This document shows positions 16,457 to 23,667 of a stretch of 42,493 nucleotides of DNA, piece after piece. The DNA is from a virus. Its lineage: Duplodnaviria > Caudoviricetes. The notes under the pieces were generated by a model, which was not told the origin of the DNA, searched no databases, and saw only the letters and a program-made list of their open reading frames with translations. A program made the translations under genes and the position numbers. The DNA lies in the IMG/VR virus record IMGVR_UViG_3300017747_000960, positions 1-42,493 of that record, one strand, 5' to 3'. Every line of letters begins with the position of its first letter. Position 1 is the stretch's first letter.

Positions 16457-16849
16457 TTATTGCTTTGCCCAGTACCCGTAGACCATGCGTCCTGTGCAGT
16501 CCCATGCGTCGTTGGCCACACCGTCAATCACTGCCACGAAGTGGTGGGCCTGCTTGGCAATCACCACGCCTGCTGGCATGTCACTGCAACGTGCCTTACG
16601 GCCTGAGAATTGTGGTGCCTTGACCCACACCCAGCCGTAACGCTTGAGCACGTCTGTGTACACGTCTTTCATGATGCCATTGCGTGCTGACTTTGCACGG
16701 CCGTTATCGGCGTTGGCTTGGGCCAGTTCTTTGTAGACTGCTGTGTAGTCAAGGCCCAATGCAATGGCCATTGCACGAGCACCACAGTCACCTGCTGTGC
16801 CCTTGAAACCTGCGGCTTTGCGTCCACCGTCGTTGTATTGATATTTCAT
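16457..16849 (-). CDS. Putative papain-like (C39-like) cysteine peptidase
   Basis: GDCGARAMAIA (Cys22), HHFVAVIDG (His103) and NDAWD (Asp114), in triad order. Confidence 0.55.
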   Translation of the reverse strand: MKYQYNDGGRKAAGFKGTAGDCGARAMAIALGLDYTAVYKELAQANADNGRAKSARNGIMKDVYTDVLKRYGWVWVKAPQFSGRKARCSDMPAGVVIAKQAHHFVAVIDGVANDAWDCTGRMVYGYWAKQ

Positions 16850-16855
16850 GTTGAT

Positions 16856-16921
16856 CTCCTAAATAAACCTGCTGTATTGCAGTGAGAAGAATTCTAACAC
16901 GAAGTTAGAGTCTTGCGTCAA
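16856..16921 (-). promoter_or_regulatory. Promoter C with operator dyad and leader hairpin
   Basis: TTGACG-19 bp-TAGAAT; perfect dyad TCTAAC-ACGAA-GTTAGA at 16893-16909; AT-rich UP-like tract upstream. Confidence 0.8.
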
Positions 16922-16940
16922 CACTTTTTTAAAATTATTT

Positions 16941-17270
16941 TTAATTTTTTTTGGGGGGTGTGGGTTGGCAGGTAAAAACCCCGCCTTTTGGCACCATTGC
17001 CTTGGAAATGGCCATCAGGGACTCGACAGCGGCATGACCCTCATCCACCTTCATTTGCACGATCCTGAAGGCTATGTTCTCGACGTTGTCCCGGTTGCTG
17101 GGGTCGGTCATGATCAGGGCCTTGGCCAGCATGCTGGTGCTCACGTTGATCAGGACGTTAAGGGCCACGCCCTCGTCGTATTGCTCCATTGCGTCATTGA
17201 GGGTTTGGCTAACACGAATCTCAAGTGATTCGCTGATCTTTTGTATCGCGTCGATCTCACGTTTGTCCAT
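16941..17270 (-). CDS. Hypothetical protein
   Basis: MDKREIDAIQ...; start directly after upstream stop. Confidence 0.6.
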   Translation of the reverse strand: MDKREIDAIQKISESLEIRVSQTLNDAMEQYDEGVALNVLINVSTSMLAKALIMTDPSNRDNVENIAFRIVQMKVDEGHAAVESLMAISKAMVPKGGVFTCQPTPPKKN

Positions 17271-17271
17271 G

Positions 17272-17526
17272 TCATTGCCTTTGGCTGGGTATACGGTTGC
17301 GGATGGCTTGGGCCAACTCTTCAAAGCCAGCCTCAAAGGCCAAATCAGCGCAGGCCTGCCGCTCAATGAAGATGGCCTGCTTGCTGGTTTGAATGGCCAC
17401 AGTCATGATCTCGGCCTTGGCAATGGTCATAGCGTCATCAAACTCTTGTTGGGTGTAAAACTTAACGGCACCAGAGTTGCCAAGTATTTGTCGGGCCAAG
17501 CCGCTCAGTTCTTTTTTCTCATTCAT
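17272..17526 (-). CDS. Hypothetical protein
   Basis: AAGGA RBS; ERQACA...AQAIRNR ending resembles 28225..28467. Confidence 0.65.
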   Translation of the reverse strand: MNEKKELSGLARQILGNSGAVKFYTQQEFDDAMTIAKAEIMTVAIQTSKQAIFIERQACADLAFEAGFEELAQAIRNRIPSQRQ

Positions 17527-17527
17527 G

Positions 17528-17605
17528 TCAATCCTTCGCAAGGTAGTAGGCGAGGAGGATCAAAATGATCACTCCCCAAAGTTTTATGGTTGGATGAATG
17601 TTCAT
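17528..17605 (-). CDS. Small single-TM peptide (25 aa); absent from ORF track
   Basis: GAGG RBS; MNIHPTIKLWGVIILILLAYYLAKD fills the gap between two genes. Confidence 0.45.
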   Translation of the reverse strand: MNIHPTIKLWGVIILILLAYYLAKD

Positions 17606-17614
17606 TGTGTCCTC

Positions 17615-17998
17615 TCAGAATGAAAAGTCATAGTAAGACTCACGATGGCCAATGATCAAGCCACCGGTGCCGAACACCAGCCGGCCGTTCTCGTTGTAGT
17701 AACAACGGCGCCACTGGCCCTTTCTGTCCTTACGGTAGTAGTAGCGGTGGCCATCCATCACGGCGGTGTACTTGTACTCTTGCGACTCGCTAATGCCGTT
17801 GTTGTCGAGGCGCACCTTGCTGTCTTCGGTGACGGCGATGTAACGCTTCTTGTTGTTGACTTCAACAATGGTGCCGGCGTCGCGGTCAGTCCACGACAAC
17901 ATGGTCACGCCCATGCCCACAGTGGGCTCAGGTGCGCCGATGGTCATGCGGCTGTACAAATGATTGACCAGACTTCCTGTTTGTGTTCCTGCATTCAT
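17615..17998 (-). CDS. Hypothetical early protein
   Basis: AAGGAG RBS before MNAGTQTG; ends YYDFSF. Confidence 0.7.
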   Translation of the reverse strand: MNAGTQTGSLVNHLYSRMTIGAPEPTVGMGVTMLSWTDRDAGTIVEVNNKKRYIAVTEDSKVRLDNNGISESQEYKYTAVMDGHRYYYRKDRKGQWRRCYYNENGRLVFGTGGLIIGHRESYYDFSF

Positions 17999-18008
17999 GA
18001 TGTTCTCC

Positions 18009-18290
18009 TTATGCGGTATATGTGATGGCTTGCAGTTTGCTGATGCGCTCGTTGATGTCGTCCACAGACTTTTGAAAGTCGGCCATGGCTTTTTGCTTTT
18101 GCGCTTCCAAGGCGGCAATTTGCAGTGCGCGTGGGTCAAAATTTTCCGGCACTTCAACTTCAACCTCTTGAGTTGAGACATACACCATGTTCTCGTTGCC
18201 TTCTATTTTTGCGTAAAACAAAAGGAACTCGCCATTGTTTTCCCATGAGTACTTGCTGAAATAAATGTGTGCTGTGACTTTGATTTTCAT
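18009..18290 (-). CDS. Hypothetical protein with C-terminal coiled coil
   Basis: GGAG RBS, 93 aa. Confidence 0.7.
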   Translation of the reverse strand: MKIKVTAHIYFSKYSWENNGEFLLFYAKIEGNENMVYVSTQEVEVEVPENFDPRALQIAALEAQKQKAMADFQKSVDDINERISKLQAITYTA

Positions 18291-18302
18291 GATGTTCTCC
18301 AG

Positions 18303-18485
18303 TTATACGGTTTCAATTTGAAATACACGGGCTTCATTGCGCTCGTAAAAGTGGCGCAAGATACGCTGTTGAAGCATGAGACGGATGGCCTGCAATTCGG
18401 TGACTGGCTGAGTCTTGGTTTTCCAGTTGCCGTTCTCTTGAATTTGTACTACGAAGCACTTTGTCCACTTGGTAACTTTTTTCAT
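18303..18485 (-). CDS. Hypothetical protein
   Basis: AGGAG RBS, 60 aa. Confidence 0.6.
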   Translation of the reverse strand: MKKVTKWTKCFVVQIQENGNWKTKTQPVTELQAIRLMLQQRILRHFYERNEARVFQIETV

Positions 18486-18522
18486 ATCGTTCTCCTGATG
18501 GGGGCCGAAGCCCCCGGTTGAA

Positions 18523-18867
18523 TTAGGCCGTTGGTGTAACGGTGATACGTGCAGAACCTTCTTTGCGGAAGGAGTCGAGTTGTGCTTCGGTGATGCCGAA
18601 GTGCTTGATCAGCGCGTCGTAATCGACAGTGCCTTTGACGTTGGCGATAACAACAGTAGCGCCGTACTTCTCGCCACGGTGTGGGACTTGTTTGCCGTTG
18701 GCATCTTTAGAAGTCTCGCCGTATGTGTTGGCGATGTTGTCTTTGAGTTCTTTGACCTGAGCGGCCAATACTTTTTGTTGACGATCTAACACGAAGAGTG
18801 TATCGATGTCGTTGCTGAGGCTCTCGATAGTTGCGAGGGCTTGGATGGTTGCTTGAACTGCTGTCAT
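18523..18867 (-). CDS. Hypothetical early protein
   Basis: AAGGAG RBS; first gene after promoter D. Confidence 0.7.
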   Translation of the reverse strand: MTAVQATIQALATIESLSNDIDTLFVLDRQQKVLAAQVKELKDNIANTYGETSKDANGKQVPHRGEKYGATVVIANVKGTVDYDALIKHFGITEAQLDSFRKEGSARITVTPTA

Positions 18868-18873
18868 GTGAAT

Positions 18874-18940
18874 CTCCTTAAATAAACCGATCTCGTTGAC
18901 CGTGAAAGAATTCTAACACGAAGTTAGATTCTATGTGCAA
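18874..18940 (-). promoter_or_regulatory. Promoter D with operator dyad and leader hairpin
   Basis: TTGCAC-19 bp-TAGAAT; dyad TCTAAC-ACGAA-GTTAGA at 18912-18928; A/T tracts upstream (18944-18985). Confidence 0.75.
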
Positions 18941-19027
18941 GCCTTTTTTAAAAAAAAGTTGAAAAAAAGTAAAAAAAGTTTTTTTGGCCGTTGTTTTTGC
19001 ACAAAACAGGCCATTTTTGAAAACAAA

Positions 19028-19300
19028 CTATTTACTAATCAGATTAGTAAAGACGTTGCTTACAGTCACGTTTAGGGCATCGATGGGCTCCATCTTGGCA
19101 ATTGCCCACGCTCTTTTCTCGCCATGCCACCCCATCTTGCTCCCCTGATGGCATGACTTGCACAGGGCCACCACGGTGTAGTGGTTCCCTTGCTTGATGT
19201 GGTGTGCGTCAGAGGGGCCGTCCAACCCGCAGATAGAGCAGGGTTGCTCTTTGACCAACTCCACCCACCTGCGCTCGGCCTTGTTGTAACTACCATTCAT
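19028..19300 (-). CDS. Zn-binding HNH-like (Ref/DUF968-like) nuclease
   Basis: PCSICG...DAHH...ALCKSCHQG...H. Confidence 0.7.
   Translation of the reverse strand: MNGSYNKAERRWVELVKEQPCSICGLDGPSDAHHIKQGNHYTVVALCKSCHQGSKMGWHGEKRAWAIAKMEPIDALNVTVSNVFTNLISK
19033..19049. repeat. 17-bp palindrome family P, copy 3
   Basis: TTTACTAATC-A-GATTAGTAAA, perfect 21-bp dyad at 19031-19051. Confidence 0.85.
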
Positions 19301-19638
19301 GCAACAGCCCGATCAAACGTTCTATTGCTGGCCTCCTGAGAGCGCCACACGTCGATTCTGGACTGTGCGCTTACCAAGCCCCAGCGATATGTCTCCTCGG
19401 CCTCCACGGCCGCTTCTAGGCCCTTTAGCACCTCGATGTAGGCTGGGTCTGCATAAGCCTCAATCTCGGCCACTGCGGCCGATTTAGCGCGCCCGTCAGA
19501 CAGTGCCGCCTTCATGAGCATTGCCTTCTGACTCTTGCGATACTCTTCGAGGTACACCCGGTGTGCCTTTGCCTCTGCATACTTGCGCCCGTGGGTGTAC
19601 AGGTAGTCCACTGCGTCGTTGATGTCCTTCTGGTTCAT
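19297..19638 (-). CDS. All-helical protein, possibly UvsY-like recombination mediator
   Basis: AAGGAG RBS before MNQKDIND; helical pattern EIEAYADPAY; near the resolvase gene. Confidence 0.5.
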   Translation of the reverse strand: MNQKDINDAVDYLYTHGRKYAEAKAHRVYLEEYRKSQKAMLMKAALSDGRAKSAAVAEIEAYADPAYIEVLKGLEAAVEAEETYRWGLVSAQSRIDVWRSQEASNRTFDRAVA

Positions 19639-19874
19639 GTCGTCTCCTTCTTCTCTGCCATGCGCACCTTGATGTGCCCTTTGCCCATGTGGTACATCAA
19701 GCGTTGCACAAAGTCCGATCGCATGTGTTTGGTGTTGATCTCGATGTAGGCTTCTTGGCACACCATGATGCCGTCGGTGATCGTCTTGGGGTTGCGATGC
19801 GTGATAGTGTTCTCTCTTACGACAAAGAACGGTATATCTTCTGCAAGTTCAATTGCCATGGCCATGCCTTGCAA
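19635..19874 (-). CDS. Hypothetical protein (start may be 19865 or 19859)
   Basis: ORF overlaps both neighbours. Confidence 0.55.
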   Translation of the reverse strand: MQGMAMAIELAEDIPFFVVRENTITHRNPKTITDGIMVCQEAYIEINTKHMRSDFVQRLMYHMGKGHIKVRMAEKKETT

Positions 19875-20304
19875 TCAATGCGGCGTCGGCCAGTGCTTGA
19901 CCCTTACCCTTCTTATCCAACTCACGCCACTTGGGCCACAGTTGGATTGCACGTGCTCGTGCGGCGTCCTTATCGGTGCCAATCAAGCCTGCGGTCTTTT
20001 TCCATGCCTGCGGTGTCACCATGGTGTGCGGTATGCACATCGCGCCCAGCACACCCATGACGGTGCCGCATGAGTGGCCAAAGTTGAACATTGATGTCAC
20101 GCCTTGGCCGGGCATTGCATGCACCTGCTCAACGAACACATGGTCACAACAACACGATGCAATGAAGTCGGTCAGAGCCGCCGCATTCACGCGAGTGGCC
20201 GTGCCAATCTTGATGGTGGGCATCGCAGTCCATTCAATGGGCTGGCCATCCTCCAACAACACAATTGCGCCTGTCGCGCCCGGATCAATTCCCAGTGTTC
20301 TCAT
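19849..20304 (-). CDS. RuvC-like Holliday junction resolvase
   Basis: LGIDPG, VFVEQV, TPQAWKK and ADAALIA catalytic motifs. Confidence 0.85.
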   Translation of the reverse strand: MRTLGIDPGATGAIVLLEDGQPIEWTAMPTIKIGTATRVNAAALTDFIASCCCDHVFVEQVHAMPGQGVTSMFNFGHSCGTVMGVLGAMCIPHTMVTPQAWKKTAGLIGTDKDAARARAIQLWPKWRELDKKGKGQALADAALIARHGHGN

Positions 20305-20479
20305 CTTTGGCTTTCGGTGGTAAGTAACGCAAGGTCACGATAGCGGATAGCCAGAACGTGCCACAGATAAATGCAATCGGAACTGCAACCCAAGTTGGTA
20401 AAAATTCAAGCGATGCAGAAAATACAAATGGCAATAAAAGAATTGCCCAAAAAATTTTTTGGCGTGGTGTCTTAATCAT
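20285..20479 (-). CDS. Small two-TM membrane protein
   Basis: Two hydrophobic segments; ATGA overlap. Confidence 0.6.
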   Translation of the reverse strand: MIKTPRQKIFWAILLLPFVFSASLEFLPTWVAVPIAFICGTFWLSAIVTLRYLPPKAKDENTGN

Positions 20480-20832
20480 TCGTCTCTCTCCTGATGTTGG
20501 TTGGATGCATTGATTTGATGGCGCTCTTCGTCGGTCAAAGGTTTCTTGCCTTTGAGAATGAACTTGGGACAGCGTTGCAAAATGAAACGCAACTGCATTG
20601 TTGGTTTGCCAAACTTGTCGGTGTATGCGATGCAGTGTTTGTCAACGTGGTTCTTGCACTCAAAACAAACACGGCGGTCGTCGCCAATGTCTCTGTCGCG
20701 GTCAAACATTTTCTCGGCCAAGTCCCACGCTTGCTCTTCGCACAAGCCCTCTTCAATGAACACCTTGCGCCTGCGTGCATGCACAGTGATGGCGATCTCA
20801 AGTTCTTCTTCTGTCATGGGTGTGAGGTTCAT
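20476..20832 (-). CDS. Hypothetical Zn-finger protein
   Basis: DDRRVCFECKN...C...LQRCPKF. Confidence 0.65.
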   Translation of the reverse strand: MNLTPMTEEELEIAITVHARRRKVFIEEGLCEEQAWDLAEKMFDRDRDIGDDRRVCFECKNHVDKHCIAYTDKFGKPTMQLRFILQRCPKFILKGKKPLTDEERHQINASNQHQERDE

Positions 20833-21218
20833 GCGGCCACCTTGTGCTTTTCAAGGCGCTTCTCGGTCTCTCTATGAGCCGCAATCATGGTGCGTGCCGG
20901 CAGGTTATCCATGACCATCTGGTAGTCCTCCAGAATGCCCTCAAGCATGCGTATCTCAATGTCGTTGGGGTTCTCATGCATCAACGCAATCATTGCGTCT
21001 TCTAAGGCCTTCTCGTTGTCTTCCAAGTGCCCCATGTCGCGCAGGGTTTCCATAAGGTCTACGGCCGTGGACAAAGCCGCAATGTCATGCACAGATGGCT
21101 TGGTCTTGCAGTTCTCCAATGCCTTGAGCATTAGGCCCATTTGATACTGGCGCTTCTTGAGCGGCAAAGGCTCAGTGGGACTTGCCAGCAAAACGTCCCA
21201 GTGTGAGTACGTGGTCAT
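20829..21218 (-). CDS. Hypothetical protein
   Basis: 129 aa, ATGA overlaps at both ends. Confidence 0.7.
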   Translation of the reverse strand: MTTYSHWDVLLASPTEPLPLKKRQYQMGLMLKALENCKTKPSVHDIAALSTAVDLMETLRDMGHLEDNEKALEDAMIALMHENPNDIEIRMLEGILEDYQMVMDNLPARTMIAAHRETEKRLEKHKVAA

Positions 21219-21400
21219 TCGTCGTCCTCCACTGGGTACTCGTCTGTATCAGCACGGTCTTCATCGGTCTCGATGGGCGTGTGCAGTGCTTCGTAGTCAC
21301 GCTTCACTTTGCGGCGGCGCTCTTCCTCCGCTAATTGTTCCGGGGTGATGGCCTGAAACTTTTTGAGCAACTCAGCTTCGTAATCATCAAACATGTTCAC
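21215..21400 (-). CDS. Small acidic hypothetical protein
   Basis: AAGGAG RBS, GTG start. Confidence 0.6.
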   Translation of the reverse strand: MNMFDDYEAELLKKFQAITPEQLAEEERRRKVKRDYEALHTPIETDEDRADTDEYPVEDDE

Positions 21401-21439
21401 TTGATTCTCCTTTTATCCCACTTGCTGTGGTCAGGAGAG

Positions 21440-21456
21440 TCTAACACGCAATTAGA
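21440..21456 (-). promoter_or_regulatory. Operator dyad overlapping an extended -10 (TGT-TAGACT)
   Basis: TCTAAC-ACGCA-ATTAGA, same family as promoters A, C and D. Confidence 0.65.
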
Positions 21457-21687
21457 TTACTCTGCAACAATAATTACTGTTGCTGTCTCTCGGTCAATTT
21501 GTATTTGGCCATCGGCCACCATGTTCCAATCGTCCGAGCAACACTCTTTGTCACTGCGGCATGGAATGGTGAACACAACGTGCTTTGCAAGGTACTCTTT
21601 CTTGCCCACAAACACACGCCATGCATGATCGACTGTGCCCCTTCCTTCTTGGCCACGGGACTTGTTAAAACGCACACGGATTTTCAT
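21457..21687 (-). CDS. Hypothetical protein
   Basis: 76 aa; ATGA overlap with the oxygenase gene. Confidence 0.7.
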   Translation of the reverse strand: MKIRVRFNKSRGQEGRGTVDHAWRVFVGKKEYLAKHVVFTIPCRSDKECCSDDWNMVADGQIQIDRETATVIIVAE

Positions 21688-22319
21688 AAAATCTCCACAG
21701 ACTTTTCTTCTTTGGCCTCTTCGTTGACGGCCACGCTCAGGTTCATGTGAACGAATCTCATCGACTCATTGCCCATGTTTTTGGTGAACGAGTGTGGCAC
21801 CCATGCGTTAATCAAAATCAATGCGCCGGGCTGGGGTGTGAACACGATCTGGTGTGAACCCAGAGTGATGTTGCTTGCGTCCTTTTCAGGCAGGTTGATG
21901 ATCACTTTGCCGGGCCTTGGATCATGCACAACCAGCTTGCAGGCCTTGTCGGGTACATCAATAAAAAAGAACGCGCTGATCTGGCATCCAGCCCCGTGAA
22001 CATGGGTCTCCATGGATGACAAGTGGTTGTGCTCTTGCGTCCACATCTCGGTGAAGTACGTCACCAACTGATCCATGTTGTAGCCCTGCGATGCAAGGAT
22101 GTTCCATGCGGTCTGCGAAACGTACTGCGAGAAGTCTTGCAACTCTGGCTCATGCGAATAACTGCCGGTCATGAGGTTCACGTAGTCAGGATTCTTTTTG
22201 CGCTCACGCGACTTTTCTTCGTAGCGCATAGACACTGTGCGAACCATGTCAATAAATTCAGGCTTATGCACCACATACACGGGCGTGGCAAAGTAGTGCA
22301 TCTCTTCAAGTTGATCCAT
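21684..22319 (-). CDS. 2OG-Fe(II) oxygenase (TIGR02466-like)
   Basis: HVH...ISAFFFI...HDPRP...PQPG.LIL...W.PH...R...N double-stranded beta-helix pattern. Confidence 0.85.
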   Translation of the reverse strand: MDQLEEMHYFATPVYVVHKPEFIDMVRTVSMRYEEKSRERKKNPDYVNLMTGSYSHEPELQDFSQYVSQTAWNILASQGYNMDQLVTYFTEMWTQEHNHLSSMETHVHGAGCQISAFFFIDVPDKACKLVVHDPRPGKVIINLPEKDASNITLGSHQIVFTPQPGALILINAWVPHSFTKNMGNESMRFVHMNLSVAVNEEAKEEKSVEIL

Positions 22320-22344
22320 TTTTCTCTCCGTTAAATTGCGTCAG

Positions 22345-22361
22345 TCTAACATGAGGTTAGA
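22345..22361 (-). promoter_or_regulatory. Operator dyad overlapping an extended -10 upstream of the oxygenase
   Basis: TCTAAC-ATGAG-GTTAGA, perfect dyad. Confidence 0.65.
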
Positions 22362-22364
22362 TTT

Positions 22365-22395
22365 AAAAAACAAAAAAATGGGCCCGGCCCGGCCC
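22365..22395 (-). terminator. Probable intrinsic terminator
   Basis: GGGCC-loop-GGCCC followed by ATTTTTTTGTTTTTT on the minus strand. Confidence 0.5.
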
Positions 22396-22634
22396 TTATG
22401 AATAACTTACTTAACCTTACTCTGTATCCCTTGATACCCAGAGGTGGACAGACTCAGCCCTCCCCAGAGGAGATGAGCCTTCACAGATACCCGTCGGAGT
22501 TACCTGACCCGTCAGTCGTTCAACGCAAGGGCACTCACTTCGCCACCCTTCCCTCTCTCTCAGCGTCTTTCCCGTAGTAGAGGTGTCCCTGATCGCTACC
22601 GCCAGTGCGCGTCCGATTCAGCGAGAACAAAAAC

Positions 22635-22751
22635 AAAAAAAGCTGTTAAGACAGACCCCGGTGGAAACCATCTCTCTTGTGAAGAGACGACACCCCAGTC
22701 GGGGTCGGAGCCTGACTTAACAGCTTTCTCACTGCGGTTTCCAGTCGCAGT
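22635..22751 (-). ncRNA. C4-like antisense RNA with upstream target hairpin
   Basis: 12-bp closing stem AAAGCTGTTAAG/CTTAACAGCTTT plus U tract; inner GACCCCG/CGGGGTC stem; internal GTTTCCA complementary to the TGGAAAC loop of the upstream hairpin at 22731-22751. Confidence 0.6.
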
Positions 22752-22761
22752 ATTTGCAAGG

Positions 22762-22792
22762 ATTTTAAACGGATTTCAACAACCCGTGTCAA
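22762..22792 (-). promoter_or_regulatory. sigma70-type promoter driving the ncRNA region
   Basis: TTGACA-19 bp-TAAAAT. Confidence 0.7.
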
Positions 22793-22797
22793 CCCCC

Positions 22798-23667
22798 TTA
22801 AAAATAAACCATTTCCCTCTGTCGAGCCTCCATCATTTTTGCAACAACTGAGAACAAACTGTCCTTCATGTGCAGATCGTTGGCATCCCAGCCAACTTTG
22901 TCGGCCATCGTCCACGGCAAGCCTGTTTGTATCGCAGACTTCTCACCCGTCTTGCTCTCGTCGTTGTCAGCAAAAATAAACCGCTTGCCCTTGATCTGAT
23001 CGGCCACTTGAATCATGTTGCTGGCGCTAAAGCAGATCACTACTGATGCCGGGATGCCCACACTGCGCAGAGCATGACGCACCGACAGCCCGGTGGCAAA
23101 GCCCTCGACCAGCCACGACTCTTCGTTGTTTCGGTCGCCAAGGTATAGCACCGCATTCTTGGCGCGCATACCGTGAAGCATTTTCTTTTCATACTCGCGC
23201 TTGTCCATATCCCAACGGATCGACTGGTAGCCCTGTAAACGGTTGGTTGACACGTTGCGCATAGGGATCAGCAGTTTGTCGTCTAGCACCAGCCCACGGG
23301 TCTCCTTAAACCCTTTGATCTCAAGGTAGCCATGGTGGTCGTACTTGGCACTGCGCAGGGTGATGTCGGCTTGGAATGCGGCGTTCTGGTACTTCTTCTC
23401 CTGCTCAGTGGCCGCTGAGGCCCTTTTTGCGGCCCATGCGCGCTTTTCGTCGTCAGTCCAAGGCTTGGCATGCGGGTCTTCGTACCAGATCACTCTGGCC
23501 TCTCCTGACCAGTCCATGACCCATCCACGCTGGCCATCCCAGAAGTAGGCACCATTGCCTGAGTTTGGGCGCTCTACCGTGCCACAGCGTTTGATTTTGT
23601 CGGACGCATACAGACGCTGGGGATCGATGGCCACACCGTGCGCCCGTGCAAAGTTGATGAAACTCAT
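22798..23667 (-). CDS. DNA primase (Toprim, COG4643-like)
   Basis: LLIPMRN...YQSI, LVEGFATG, FSASN, IFADND and DAND Toprim motifs. Confidence 0.85.
   Translation of the reverse strand: MSFINFARAHGVAIDPQRLYASDKIKRCGTVERPNSGNGAYFWDGQRGWVMDWSGEARVIWYEDPHAKPWTDDEKRAWAAKRASAATEQEKKYQNAAFQADITLRSAKYDHHGYLEIKGFKETRGLVLDDKLLIPMRNVSTNRLQGYQSIRWDMDKREYEKKMLHGMRAKNAVLYLGDRNNEESWLVEGFATGLSVRHALRSVGIPASVVICFSASNMIQVADQIKGKRFIFADNDESKTGEKSAIQTGLPWTMADKVGWDANDLHMKDSLFSVVAKMMEARQREMVYF

Noticed and set aside
22635-22727. tRNA gene
   Set aside because: Multi-stem, but lacks the T-loop GTTC and D-loop consensus and a 7-bp acceptor stem; fits a C4-like RNA better.
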